Below are positions 26,238-35,521 of a stretch of DNA of 64,000 nt, piece by piece. Source of the stretch: an uncultured Planctomycetia bacterium (lineage in GTDB: Bacteria > Omnitrophota > Gorgyraeia > Tantalellales > Tantalellaceae). Positions within the stretch are counted from its first letter, which is position 1; every line of letters starts with the position of its first letter. Position numbers and translations under genes: made by a program. The notes beneath the pieces are model-generated. The model was not told the DNA's origin, did no database searches, and worked only from the letters and a program-made list of their open reading frames with translations. The DNA lies in the NCBI GenBank assembly GCA_964421015.1, contig CAYQUS010000001.1:364726-428725 (forward strand), read 5' to 3'.

Positions 26238-27356
26238 TTATGTGAAAATATCCTTTACCTTGTTGACGATATTCTTTTTCCCGGCGGTTTTCTTCCCTCC
26301 AAGGCTCTCGTTAAACTCAGATAAAAGTTCTTTCTGCCTGGCATTAAGATTCGCAGGAATAATAACGCTGACCTTCACAAGCTGGTCGCCGGAACCTCTG
26401 CCGTCGAGCCTTTTTATTCCTTTGCCTTTTAGCCTGAAAACATGCCCCGAAGATGTTCCCGCGGGAATCGCCAGTTTTACGGATCCATCTATTCCGGGAA
26501 CATCTATTTCATCGCCCATGACAAGCTGATAAAAAGAAACGTCTGCGGAATACAGAAGATCGTACTCTCGCCTTGAAAAGAACTTATGTTCTCTTACGCT
26601 TATCCTGACGTACAGGTCGCCGCACGGACCCCCGTTCTCCCCCGGCTCCCCTTCCCTGGATATCCTGAGCTTAACCCCGGTATCCACACCTGCCGGCACT
26701 TTAACCGATATCTTCTTGGAAACCTCGACCCTGCCGCGTCCCGAGCAGGAGGTACAAGGATCTTTTATGGTCTCTCCCGTACCGCCGCAAACATCACATG
26801 TAGTTGCTATGCTGAAAAAACCGGCGGACCTGGCAACCTGTCCCGTACCGCCGCAGCGTTCACACCTTGCTTTCGATGTCCCCGGCTTAGCCCCGGACCC
26901 ATCGCATGGCGCGCAAACATCCTGTTTTCGTATTTTTATTTCTTTTGTTACCCCTTTTACCGCTTCCATGAAGTCTATAGTGAGCGAATACTCAAGGCTT
27001 GCTCCCCTGGACGCTCTCCTGGGACCGCCGCCCCCGAAACCGAACATACCGTCGAACATCCCCCCGAAAGCCCCGCCGAAAACCTCCCTGAATATCTCGC
27101 TTGGGTCATGGAACCCGAACCCGGAAGATCCCCCGCCCTGGAAAGCCGCTTCCCCAAAACGATCGTACCTTTCTCTTTTTCCGGGATCGCTCAGCACCTC
27201 GTAGGCGTGGGATATCTCCTTGAACTTCTCTTCGGCTTCCTTGTTCCCCGGGTTTTTGTCGGGATGGTATTTGAGCGCGAGTTTCCTGTAGGCTTTTTTC
27301 AGTTCTTCGCCTGAAACTCCGCGCTCAACACCCAGAATATCGTAATAATCACCCAT
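26238..27356 (-). CDS. dnaJ: Chaperone DnaJ
   Basis: J-domain 'YYDILGV...HPDKNPG', G/F-rich region, four CxxCxGxG motifs. Confidence 0.9.
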   Translation of the reverse strand: MGDYYDILGVERGVSGEELKKAYRKLALKYHPDKNPGNKEAEEKFKEISHAYEVLSDPGKRERYDRFGEAAFQGGGSSGFGFHDPSEIFREVFGGAFGGMFDGMFGFGGGGPRRASRGASLEYSLTIDFMEAVKGVTKEIKIRKQDVCAPCDGSGAKPGTSKARCERCGGTGQVARSAGFFSIATTCDVCGGTGETIKDPCTSCSGRGRVEVSKKISVKVPAGVDTGVKLRISREGEPGENGGPCGDLYVRISVREHKFFSRREYDLLYSADVSFYQLVMGDEIDVPGIDGSVKLAIPAGTSSGHVFRLKGKGIKRLDGRGSGDQLVKVSVIIPANLNARQKELLSEFNESLGGKKTAGKKNIVNKVKDIFT

Positions 27357-27394
27357 ACTTTCCTTTAAAGCCTCCCCAAAAGCGCCAAGGCCTG

Positions 27395-29305
27395 TCAGTT
27401 TTTATCTTTATCGTCGTCAACTTTGTAATCGGCGTCAACGACATCTTCCTCTTTCTTTCCCTGGCTTTGTTCCTGGCCCGCGGCGGATTCCTGCTTGGAC
27501 TGCGCCGCCTTGTATACTTCCTCTGAAAGCTTGTGGCTCGCTTTCTGGAGAGCCTCCTGGGCTTTTTTCATCTCGGACACGTCCTCGGAAGAAAGCGTTT
27601 TCCTGGCATCTTCCACCGCCGAGGCTATCTTCTTCTTCTCGTCGTCGGAAACCTTATCGCCGTAATCTTTAACCGCTTTCTCCGTAGCGTATATCAGGTT
27701 ATCCAGCTGGTTCCTGACCTCAACCAGTTCCCTCTTCCTCTTGTCGTCGCTTTCGTGGGCCTTAGCATCGGCCTTCATTTTTTCTATCTCGTCCTTGGAA
27801 AGACCGCTGGAAGATTCTATCCTTATGGACTGCTCTTTTCCCGTAGCCTTGTCTTTCGCCGAAACGTGCACTATACCGTTGGCGTCTATGTCGAAGGTCA
27901 CCTCTATCTGGGGGATACCCCTGGGAGCGGGCGGTATTCCCACAAGATCAAAACGCCCGAGCGTCCTGTTGTCGCTTGACATCTCCCTTTCACCCTGAAG
28001 GACCAGTATGGACACCGCCGTCTGGTTATCGGCCGCGGTCGAAAATACCTGGCTTTTCTTGGTAGGGATAGTGGTATTCCTCTCTATGAGTTTTGTCATT
28101 ACTCCGCCCAGGGTCTCTATACCCAGCGATAGAGGTGTAACATCAAGCAGCACGACATCCGAAAGACCTTCCGCGCCGCTTAGAACGCCGCCCTGTATTG
28201 CCGCGCCTATGGCCACAACTTCATCCGGATTTACCCCTTTGTGCGGCTCTTTTCCGAAAATCTCCTTTACCACCTGCTGAACCTTAGGCATACGGGTCTG
28301 GCCGCCTACCAGTATGACCTCGTCGATATCCGAGGGTGAATATCCCGAATCTTTGAGGGCCTTGTAGCACGGCGCCTTTGTCCTTTCCACCAGATCGTCC
28401 ACAAGCTGTTCCAGCTTGGACCTTGTAAGCGTCATTGTAAGGTGTTTCGGCCCGGAAGCGTCGGCCGTTATGAACGGAAGGTTTATCTCCGTTTCAAGAT
28501 TCGAAGAAAGCTCGCATTTGGCTTTTTCAGCGGCTTCCTTCAGCCTTTGCAGAGCCATCTTATCTTTCCTGAGGTCTATCCCGTTCGATTTTTTGAACTC
28601 TTCGGCTATCCAGTTCATAACCGTCTGGTCGAAGTTATCTCCCCCGAGATGTGTGTCTCCGTTAGTGGATTTTACCTCAAAAACACCGTCACCCACGTCA
28701 AGAATGGAGATATCGAAAGTTCCTCCGCCAAGGTCGAATACGGCTATTTTTTCGTTTTTCTTGCTGTCCAGCCCATATGCCAGGCTGGCGGCGGTAGGCT
28801 CGTTTATTATCCTCAAGACTTTAAGACCGGCTATTTCTCCGGCGTCCTTGGTAGCCTGCCTCTGAGAATCGTTGAAGTAGGCCGGTACGGTTATGACCGC
28901 TTCGGTTACCTTTTCTCCAAGATAATCTTCCGCCGTCTGCTTCATTTTTTGGAGTATCATCGCCGACACTTCGGGCGGTGTATATTTTTTGCCGTGACAG
29001 GCTACGACCACGTTACCCTTAGCGTCGTCCTCTACCTTGTACGGCACCAGCTTTTCCTCTTCCATAACTTCGGAATGCTGTCTGCCCATGAACCTTTTTA
29101 TGCTGAAAATAGTGTTGTCGGAGTTGGTCACAGCCTGTCGTTTCGCCGGCTGGCCGACAAGTTTTTCGCCTGTTTTGGTGAACGCCACCACGCTCGGCGT
29201 CGTGCGGGCGCCCTCGGCGTTAGTAATTACCTTAGGCTCCTTGCCTTCCATCACCGCCACGCAAGAATTAGTTGTTCCAAGATCTATACCGATTACTTTT
29301 CCCAT
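27395..29305 (-). CDS. dnaK: Chaperone DnaK (Hsp70)
   Basis: '[13 protein letters not shown]', 'DLGGGTFD', '[10 protein letters not shown]'. Confidence 0.95.
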   Translation of the reverse strand: MGKVIGIDLGTTNSCVAVMEGKEPKVITNAEGARTTPSVVAFTKTGEKLVGQPAKRQAVTNSDNTIFSIKRFMGRQHSEVMEEEKLVPYKVEDDAKGNVVVACHGKKYTPPEVSAMILQKMKQTAEDYLGEKVTEAVITVPAYFNDSQRQATKDAGEIAGLKVLRIINEPTAASLAYGLDSKKNEKIAVFDLGGGTFDISILDVGDGVFEVKSTNGDTHLGGDNFDQTVMNWIAEEFKKSNGIDLRKDKMALQRLKEAAEKAKCELSSNLETEINLPFITADASGPKHLTMTLTRSKLEQLVDDLVERTKAPCYKALKDSGYSPSDIDEVILVGGQTRMPKVQQVVKEIFGKEPHKGVNPDEVVAIGAAIQGGVLSGAEGLSDVVLLDVTPLSLGIETLGGVMTKLIERNTTIPTKKSQVFSTAADNQTAVSILVLQGEREMSSDNRTLGRFDLVGIPPAPRGIPQIEVTFDIDANGIVHVSAKDKATGKEQSIRIESSSGLSKDEIEKMKADAKAHESDDKRKRELVEVRNQLDNLIYATEKAVKDYGDKVSDDEKKKIASAVEDARKTLSSEDVSEMKKAQEALQKASHKLSEEVYKAAQSKQESAAGQEQSQGKKEEDVVDADYKVDDDKDKN

Positions 29306-29316
29306 AGTTATCCTCC

Positions 29317-29892
29317 TTATTCCATTTCCCCGGCTATTTCATCTAAACTGTTCTTCGCCACTTTCACCTGAGCGGCGCGCAGTAATCTGTCATTGAACAC
29401 GTACCCCGGCCTTACCTCCTCAACTATCTCACCGTCAGGGACATCGCCGGTCTCAACCGCCATGACGGCCTCATGCAGATTGGGATCGAACTGTTTTCCA
29501 ACCGTTTCTATTTTTTTAACTCCCGAATCCTCAAGCACACGGTGAAACTCCTTCTGCACGAGCTTTATGCCTTCAAGCATAGCGCCTTTATCCTCGGCCT
29601 TTTCCATTGCCGCGAAAGCCATATCAAAATTATCCATGATCGGGAAAAGCCTCGATATTATCCCTTCGTTCGCGAACCTTATATGCTCGTATTTCTCTTT
29701 CTCCAGCCTTTTTTTGGTATTCTCATACTCGGCGTGCACATTGAGCCATTTGTTGTAGTACTCGTCCCTTTCGGCAGCCTTTTTCCTCAGGTCCTCTGCT
29801 TCCGGGGGGAACGATTGCCCTGCGTCCTGTGACTCATCATCCCGGACATCCCGGGAAGCGGCGTCATCTTTGTGTTTTTTGTCCCTGTGCAT
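29317..29892 (-). CDS. grpE: Nucleotide exchange factor GrpE
   Basis: GrpE-family C-terminal region '[20 protein letters not shown]'; sits in the dnaK operon. Confidence 0.85.
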   Translation of the reverse strand: MHRDKKHKDDAASRDVRDDESQDAGQSFPPEAEDLRKKAAERDEYYNKWLNVHAEYENTKKRLEKEKYEHIRFANEGIISRLFPIMDNFDMAFAAMEKAEDKGAMLEGIKLVQKEFHRVLEDSGVKKIETVGKQFDPNLHEAVMAVETGDVPDGEIVEEVRPGYVFNDRLLRAAQVKVAKNSLDEIAGEME

Positions 29893-29894
29893 GG

Positions 29895-30953
29895 TTATCC
29901 GTCTATCTCCTCAAGTTTCGCGCTTATAAGGCTGGAAAGGCACCTTACTGTCCTTAGCGCCCTGTCATAATCCATCCTGGTAGGCCCCACAACTCCCATT
30001 CTCCCGGCGGCCTTACCCCTGAAAAAATAACCGCAGGTAACTATACTGCAGTCTTTTAGTATCTCGCTGCCGCACTCCTCGCCGATGTAAACCCTTACGT
30101 CTCCCGAAGAGAGATCTCTGGTGAGTATACCGGCAAGCTCGCTCTTCCTGTCCGAAAAAACGTGAAAAACCTTGCGTATGACGTTTATGTCCGAAAATTC
30201 CGGCTCATTCATGAAGTTGTCTATGCCTTCCATGTATATCTCGCTGTCCGCGTTATCGCTTACAATACCGTCCAGTACCTTCAGCGCCGTAAGAGCCGTT
30301 TCTCTGGCCTCTCCCCTGAGCTCACCGGAAACTTTATCCATGGCTGTCTTTATGTTCTCAGATATCCCCGATACAGGTTTTTCGGCGTGATTTTCGTTTA
30401 TGTACCTCGCCACCCTGCCAAGCTCATCCGAACTCATCTCTCTATCCAGCCTTATCAGGTGGTTTTTAACGGCATTGGTCATAGTAACAAGCACCGCCAG
30501 GGCCATCTGAGAACTCAATTTAATAAGTTCAAGATGCTTGAGGTAGAGATTGTCCACTCCGGGCCAAACCATCACTCCGGCATTGTGAAGTTCCCTGCTT
30601 ATAAGATACGTCGTCTTCTCTATGACGTCTTTTATGGTCTCTATCTTTCTCGTATACTCCTGCGCCAGCCGTTCAGCCTCTCTTTTGCGGTAGCTTATGT
30701 TCTCGGTCTTCATCGAGACATAACGCCTGTACCCTGCGGTTGTCGGGACACGTCCCGCCGAAGTATGCGGCTGCTCTATGAACCCCTGATGCTCGAGCTC
30801 TCCCATAACGTTCCTGATGGTAGCGCTTGAGACATTCCCTCCCATTTTCTCGGCCACTGTCTTAGAGCTCACCGGTACTGCGCTCGAAACATAAGCCTCA
30901 ACAATATGGGCTAGAACGATGTCTTTTCTGTGGTCTTTACGCAAATTGTCCAC
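29895..30953 (-). CDS. hrcA: Heat-inducible transcription repressor HrcA (GTG start)
   Basis: wHTH N-terminus, HrcA family, directly downstream of a CIRCE operator. Confidence 0.9.
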   Translation of the reverse strand: MDNLRKDHRKDIVLAHIVEAYVSSAVPVSSKTVAEKMGGNVSSATIRNVMGELEHQGFIEQPHTSAGRVPTTAGYRRYVSMKTENISYRKREAERLAQEYTRKIETIKDVIEKTTYLISRELHNAGVMVWPGVDNLYLKHLELIKLSSQMALAVLVTMTNAVKNHLIRLDREMSSDELGRVARYINENHAEKPVSGISENIKTAMDKVSGELRGEARETALTALKVLDGIVSDNADSEIYMEGIDNFMNEPEFSDINVIRKVFHVFSDRKSELAGILTRDLSSGDVRVYIGEECGSEILKDCSIVTCGYFFRGKAAGRMGVVGPTRMDYDRALRTVRCLSSLISAKLEEIDG

Positions 30954-30983
30954 TTTTATCTGACCTCACTACTTGAAAATCTT

Positions 30984-31010
30984 TTAGCACTCTTTTAGTT
31001 CGAGTGCCAA
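30984..31010 (-). promoter_or_regulatory. CIRCE operator (HrcA binding site)
   Basis: TTAGCACTC-N9-GAGTGCCAA versus consensus TTAGCACTC-N9-GAGTGCTAA (one mismatch); 30 nt upstream of the hrcA GTG. Confidence 0.85.
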
Positions 31011-31011
31011 A

Positions 31012-31039
31012 ATTATATCATTGTCGATGTTTTTGTCAA
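31012..31039 (-). promoter_or_regulatory. Sigma70-type promoter of the hrcA-grpE-dnaK-dnaJ operon
   Basis: On the minus strand: TTGACA (31034-31039), 16 nt, TATAAT (31012-31017), immediately 5' of CIRCE. Confidence 0.7.
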
Positions 31040-31089
31040 GAGGAAGGTTCGAGGCAGTGAGGGGATGAGGTTGGAAACACAGACACTTT

Positions 31090-31118
31090 GGTGACAGGCA
31101 CCAATGGTGCCTGTCACC
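31090..31118. repeat. REP-like palindrome GGTGACAGGCACC-aat-GGTGCCTGTCACC (perfect 13-bp arms); probable hflX terminator
   Basis: Seen directly; shares the 5' flank 'agacactttggtg' with the copy at 3117-3155. Confidence 0.8.
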
Positions 31119-31144
31119 TAGGTATCGGGTATCGTTGAGAACAA

Positions 31145-31187
31145 CCGCGGAGAGAGTGTATTCGAGCACCGAAAACGATCCGCCGCC
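31145..31187. repeat. Conserved 43-bp intergenic element, copy 2
   Basis: ccgcggagagagtgtattcgagcaccgaaaacgatccgccgcc; 115 bp after the hflX stop and upstream of the hrcA promoter. Confidence 0.7.
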
Positions 31188-31301
31188 CTATTCGGCTTTT
31201 TGTTATTGGCGTGATGGATAGATATCGGCGTACAAAACCCTTTCGGAACCATTTTTAGCAGAGAAAAAGCAGGAAGCTGAAATGAGGAAGTTAGGTAAAA
31301 T

Positions 31302-32576
31302 TTACTTCTTGAGCGTCTTGAATATCTGGTTTTTGACCTTCTTGGGGACACGGGCTTTTATGTAAAGACCGTCTTCACGGTAAAGTTCCGAAAGCACCTC
31401 TCCCCTTTCCCGTATTATCGCCGCGGCCGAATAATGTTTATGGGGAAGCACTATCTCCATTTCTTCCATATCCTTTCGCATATAGTCCGTCAAAAGATCG
31501 TCTATGGCCGAGAGACCCTCTTTTTTAAGAGCCGATACAACAATGGGCCTATCGAACTTCCGTTTTATCCTTTCCTTGCCGGGCCCGTCCGGCACAAGAT
31601 CCGACTTATTAAGGACCGTGAACGAAGGCTTATCCGCGACTCCTATGTCGTTAAGGACCTGTATCACCGCTCCGGTCTTCTCATCCATGCGTTCATCATT
31701 CATATCAACCACGTGAAAAAGCACATCAGCTTCCACCACTTCTTCCAGCGTGGCCTTGAAACTCTCTATTAGGTGATGCGGAAGATCGTTCAAAAAACCC
31801 ACGGTATCGGAAAAAAGGACTATCTGATTATTGGAAAGCACCTTCTTTCTCACCGTAGGATCGAGCGTGCTGAAAAACTGATCTTTTGTTTTGACCTCAG
31901 CCGATGTAATCGCGTTAAAAAGAGTGGATTTCCCGGAATTGGTATATCCTACCAAAGCCGCGGAAAGCATGGAAAACTTTTCCCTTCTGGACCTTCTGAG
32001 CTGCCTCTGCGAGGTTATCTCCTTGAGTTCTTTTTTAAGCCGGGATATCCGTTCCCTTACTTTCCTGCGGTCCTCTTCAAGCTGCTGTTCTCCCGGGCCT
32101 TTTGTTCCTATACCTCCGGCCTGTTTGGAAAAATGCAGCCAAAGCCTGCTTAACCTCGGAAGAAGGTACATAAGCTGAGCAAGCTCAACCTGTACCTTGC
32201 CTTCAAGAGAAGTGGCCCTTCTCGCGAATACATCCAGTATTAGCTGCGTACGGTCTATGGTCTTTGCGTTGAACTTTTCGCTGAGATTCTTCTGCTGGGA
32301 CGGTGACAGATCGTTGTTGAATATTACGGTACCGGCTTTAAGTTCGGCCACCTTTAAAGCTATCTCTTCAGCTTTGCCTTTGCCTATAAAAAGGTCGGGT
32401 TTTACCTCTTTTATCCTGCATATCTCGCTTCCCGCTATCACCGCGCCGCACGACGAGGCAAGCGTTTTAAACTCTTCTATCCTGCCGTCAAGATCGGGTT
32501 CATCTTTTCCGAACTGCGTGACGGTGACAAGTATGGCCCTTTCTCTTTCTTTCGACACAGGCTTGGTCTGGTACAT
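31302..32576 (-). CDS. hflX: GTPase HflX
   Basis: G1 'GYTNSGKST' and G4 'NKSD' motifs; HflX N-domain. Confidence 0.9.
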   Translation of the reverse strand: MYQTKPVSKERERAILVTVTQFGKDEPDLDGRIEEFKTLASSCGAVIAGSEICRIKEVKPDLFIGKGKAEEIALKVAELKAGTVIFNNDLSPSQQKNLSEKFNAKTIDRTQLILDVFARRATSLEGKVQVELAQLMYLLPRLSRLWLHFSKQAGGIGTKGPGEQQLEEDRRKVRERISRLKKELKEITSQRQLRRSRREKFSMLSAALVGYTNSGKSTLFNAITSAEVKTKDQFFSTLDPTVRKKVLSNNQIVLFSDTVGFLNDLPHHLIESFKATLEEVVEADVLFHVVDMNDERMDEKTGAVIQVLNDIGVADKPSFTVLNKSDLVPDGPGKERIKRKFDRPIVVSALKKEGLSAIDDLLTDYMRKDMEEMEIVLPHKHYSAAAIIRERGEVLSELYREDGLYIKARVPKKVKNQIFKTLKK

Positions 32577-32598
32577 TTTAACATCCTTTTAAGGGGCC

Positions 32599-33522
32599 TT
32601 AAGGCTTAAAACCCGCCTTTAAGGCTATATCCTGGGCTATCTTCTCCGTCGGCCGCTCGGCATCTATCCATTCTATCCCGTCTACAGACCTCAGCCATGT
32701 CATCTGGCGCTTGGCGTATTGCCGGGTCTTTATCTTCAATTCTTCCTTGGCTTGTTCAATGCTTATCTCTCCGAGAACATACTGTAAAACTTCACTGATC
32801 CCCAGGGCTTTCGACGCCGTTAAACTTACATCCCTTCCCATCAGGCTTTCTACTTCTTCGATAAGCCCGCCCGCGAACATCTCCTCCACTCTTTTGTCTA
32901 TCCGCCCGACAAGAACGTCTCTATTCACCTTCAAAGCGAAAAGTTTAACGTCATACTTGTCCGTAAGACCCTTGGTCTCGGTTTTCTTTTCCGAAAATGT
33001 TTTTCCTGTGAGTTTGAACACCTCGAGCGCCCTGATAACCCGGCGAATATTTTGAGGATCTATCTTCAAAGCGGCTTCCGGGTCTATTCTTTTAAGTTGT
33101 TCATAGATGAACATATACCCTTTTTCGGCGGCCTGTCTCTCCAACTGCGCGCGGAAGTCGCTGTCTTTGGGCGGCGACGGAAAAAGACCGTCTATCAGGG
33201 CCTTGGCGTAAAGCCCTGTACCTCCCGAAATAACCGGCGTCTTTCCCTCGAGTATAAGCCGGTCCACTATCCCGATGGCGGACTCGGCGAAAGATGCCGC
33301 GCTGAACTCCTCCAAGAGAGAGATGACACCCACAAGATGATGCCTTACCCTCTTCATAAGCTCAGGAGACGGAGCCTGGGTAAGTATTTCCATGCCGCTG
33401 TAAACCTGCATGGAATCACAGGATATTATCTCTCCGCCGGCTATCTCGGCAAAACGTACGGCAGTTTCGCTTTTCCCGCTGGCCGTCGGACCGAGTATAA
33501 AAATAACGGTGCGCGATGTCAT
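32599..33522 (-). CDS. miaA: tRNA dimethylallyltransferase
   Basis: 'VIFILGPTASGKSE' P-loop. Start trimmed to 33522 (MTSRT); its ATGA overlaps the RAYT stop. Confidence 0.9.
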   Translation of the reverse strand: MTSRTVIFILGPTASGKSETAVRFAEIAGGEIISCDSMQVYSGMEILTQAPSPELMKRVRHHLVGVISLLEEFSAASFAESAIGIVDRLILEGKTPVISGGTGLYAKALIDGLFPSPPKDSDFRAQLERQAAEKGYMFIYEQLKRIDPEAALKIDPQNIRRVIRALEVFKLTGKTFSEKKTETKGLTDKYDVKLFALKVNRDVLVGRIDKRVEEMFAGGLIEEVESLMGRDVSLTASKALGISEVLQYVLGEISIEQAKEELKIKTRQYAKRQMTWLRSVDGIEWIDAERPTEKIAQDIALKAGFKP

Positions 33523-34151
33523 ATATGTTTTTCCTTGCTGGGGGCAAGAAGGGACACGGCATGCCGTTCCCCCACTTCCCCCCATTTAACAGGGTTATTC
33601 ATGATATATTCACGAATTCGTGCAAGATCGGATCCGTCCCGGATAATATGTTCGTAATAATTGCGTTGCCAAAGGCACGTTCCGGATGTATTTTGGATTT
33701 CGTTTATTCGTTTTGTCACCGCGGATTTAAATGAACGCATGACCGTTGATAATGATCCGGATACCGGTTTCCCGAAACGTTCGATTTTTTCGTTACGACT
33801 TCCGTCCGATGTAGGGGCACTTCCGTCCGATGTAGGGGCACGGCATGCCGTGCCCCTACATGCATCATCAACACCATCGTTGGACAATTGATCGCCGCAT
33901 CCACCGATCATTATTATTCCATGTATGTGATCGGGCATGACAACATATTCGTCCAATTTGATATTTGAAAAATGTTCGGGAATTGCGCTCCAACATTGTT
34001 TGATGATATTACCATACACATTTAACACCATTTTGCCGTTGTTAACATCACCGAATATGCATTTGCCGTTGGCACACACCGTCACATAATACGCTCCTTC
34101 CCGGGTGTAATCGTATCCTTTTAAACGTATTGACCTGCGGCTACCCGTCAT
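33519..34151 (-). CDS. IS200-like HuH-Y1 transposase / REP-associated tyrosine transposase (RAYT) with an in-frame low-complexity insertion
   Basis: 'YYVTVCANGKCIFGDV', HuH motif 'VVMPDHIHGII', catalytic Tyr region 'WQRNYYEHIIRD'. Its start overlaps the miaB stop by 1 nt (TAATG) and its stop overlaps the miaA start (ATGA). It contains a 21-bp tandem duplication (33799-33840) and a 28-bp perfect palindrome (33832-33859). Confidence 0.7.
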   Translation of the reverse strand: MTGSRRSIRLKGYDYTREGAYYVTVCANGKCIFGDVNNGKMVLNVYGNIIKQCWSAIPEHFSNIKLDEYVVMPDHIHGIIMIGGCGDQLSNDGVDDACRGTACRAPTSDGSAPTSDGSRNEKIERFGKPVSGSLSTVMRSFKSAVTKRINEIQNTSGTCLWQRNYYEHIIRDGSDLARIREYIMNNPVKWGEVGERHAVSLLAPSKEKHI

Positions 34152-35521
34152 TACGATACAACTTCCCCCTTAAACGTATTCGGACTTGCGCCCGTGACTT
34201 GAACATTCACGATTTTCCCGATAAGATCTTCCCCTCCCGGAAAAACACAAGTAACGTTGCTTCTCGTCCTTCCCATCATCTCTTCTCCGGACATCCGGCT
34301 TTTGCCCTCGACCAGGACTTCCACCGTCCTTCCGATAAACTCTTTGTTTTTCTTAAGGGATATACTCCTCTGAAGGGCCAAAAGCTCGGTGTTACGCCTC
34401 TTTTTTTCCTCTTCCGGCACGTCATCCGCAAGACATGCCGACATTGCGGGGGGTCTTGGGGAATACTTGAATATAAAAGCGGCGTTATATCCTATTTCCT
34501 CGACCGCTTTTCTCGTAGCTTCGTAATCTCTTTCCTTTTCGGAAGGGAACCCCACTATGATATCGGTGCTAAGGCCGCCTTCCGGAACGGTCTTACGGTA
34601 ACTTTCCACTTTTTTTAGATAATCTTCATACTTATATTTCCTGTTCATAAGATCGAGTATCTTGTCTGACCCGGACTGAAGCGGAAGATGCAGGCTTTCG
34701 CATACCTTTCCGAGGTCTCTCATAGCCCTGAAAAGCGGCATACCGGCGTCCTTGGGGTGGCTCGTAACAAAACGTATGCGCTCTATGCCCCTAACCTTGT
34801 TGGCCGCCTCAAGTATATCCGGAAAAGTGGTATCGCTATTGAGCCTTTTACCGTAAGAGTTAACGTTCTGTCCCAAAAGAGTGACTTCTTTGCATCCCCT
34901 GTCCGCGAGAGCCCATATTTCCTCGAGTATGTCGCGTTTCGTGCGTGACACCTCCCTGCCCCTTACATGCGGCACAATGCAGTAGGAACAAAAATTGTCA
35001 CAGCCGTACATAATGTTGACAAAAGCCGAGAGCTCCCCTTTTGTATGCCCCGCTGAATCACCCTTGGCGGACTTGCGCTTACCTCCGAGAGCGGCCGAAC
35101 GCTCTCCGGCAATGGACTTCTCTATAAGTTCGGGAATGTCGTAAATATTTCCCGGCCCGCAGATAATATCCACCATGGGGTATTCTTTAAGCAGCATTTC
35201 CTTATGCCTCTCGGCCATGCATCCTACTACGCCTATCCTGAAATCCGGATCTTTCTTTCTACGGGAAGCCAGCTTGTGCAGGTTCCCCGTCACCCTGTCT
35301 TCGGCATGCTGACGGACACTGCACGTATTGAACAGCACAACACCGGCCTCATCCTCGTTATAGGTAAACTCATATCCCTTCCCGGCCAGAACTCCCGTAA
35401 TTATTTCTGAATCCCTGAAGTTCATTTGACATCCGAAGGTGCGCAAAAGTATACGCTTTCCATGACCCGGCTTGCCCTCGGATTTGCCTGTATTGGTGTC
35501 GTTTCGCTCTTTTTCTGCCAT
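34151..35521 (-). CDS. miaB: tRNA-i6A37 methylthiotransferase MiaB (radical SAM MTTase)
   Basis: 'RTFGCQMN' UPF0004 N-domain, 'CDNFCSYC' radical SAM motif, TRAM C-terminus. The N-terminal 23 aa overlap the recombinase 3' end; an internal TTG start (LRTFGCQMN) is possible. Confidence 0.85.
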   Translation of the reverse strand: MAEKERNDTNTGKSEGKPGHGKRILLRTFGCQMNFRDSEIITGVLAGKGYEFTYNEDEAGVVLFNTCSVRQHAEDRVTGNLHKLASRRKKDPDFRIGVVGCMAERHKEMLLKEYPMVDIICGPGNIYDIPELIEKSIAGERSAALGGKRKSAKGDSAGHTKGELSAFVNIMYGCDNFCSYCIVPHVRGREVSRTKRDILEEIWALADRGCKEVTLLGQNVNSYGKRLNSDTTFPDILEAANKVRGIERIRFVTSHPKDAGMPLFRAMRDLGKVCESLHLPLQSGSDKILDLMNRKYKYEDYLKKVESYRKTVPEGGLSTDIIVGFPSEKERDYEATRKAVEEIGYNAAFIFKYSPRPPAMSACLADDVPEEEKKRRNTELLALQRSISLKKNKEFIGRTVEVLVEGKSRMSGEEMMGRTRSNVTCVFPGGEDLIGKIVNVQVTGASPNTFKGEVVS

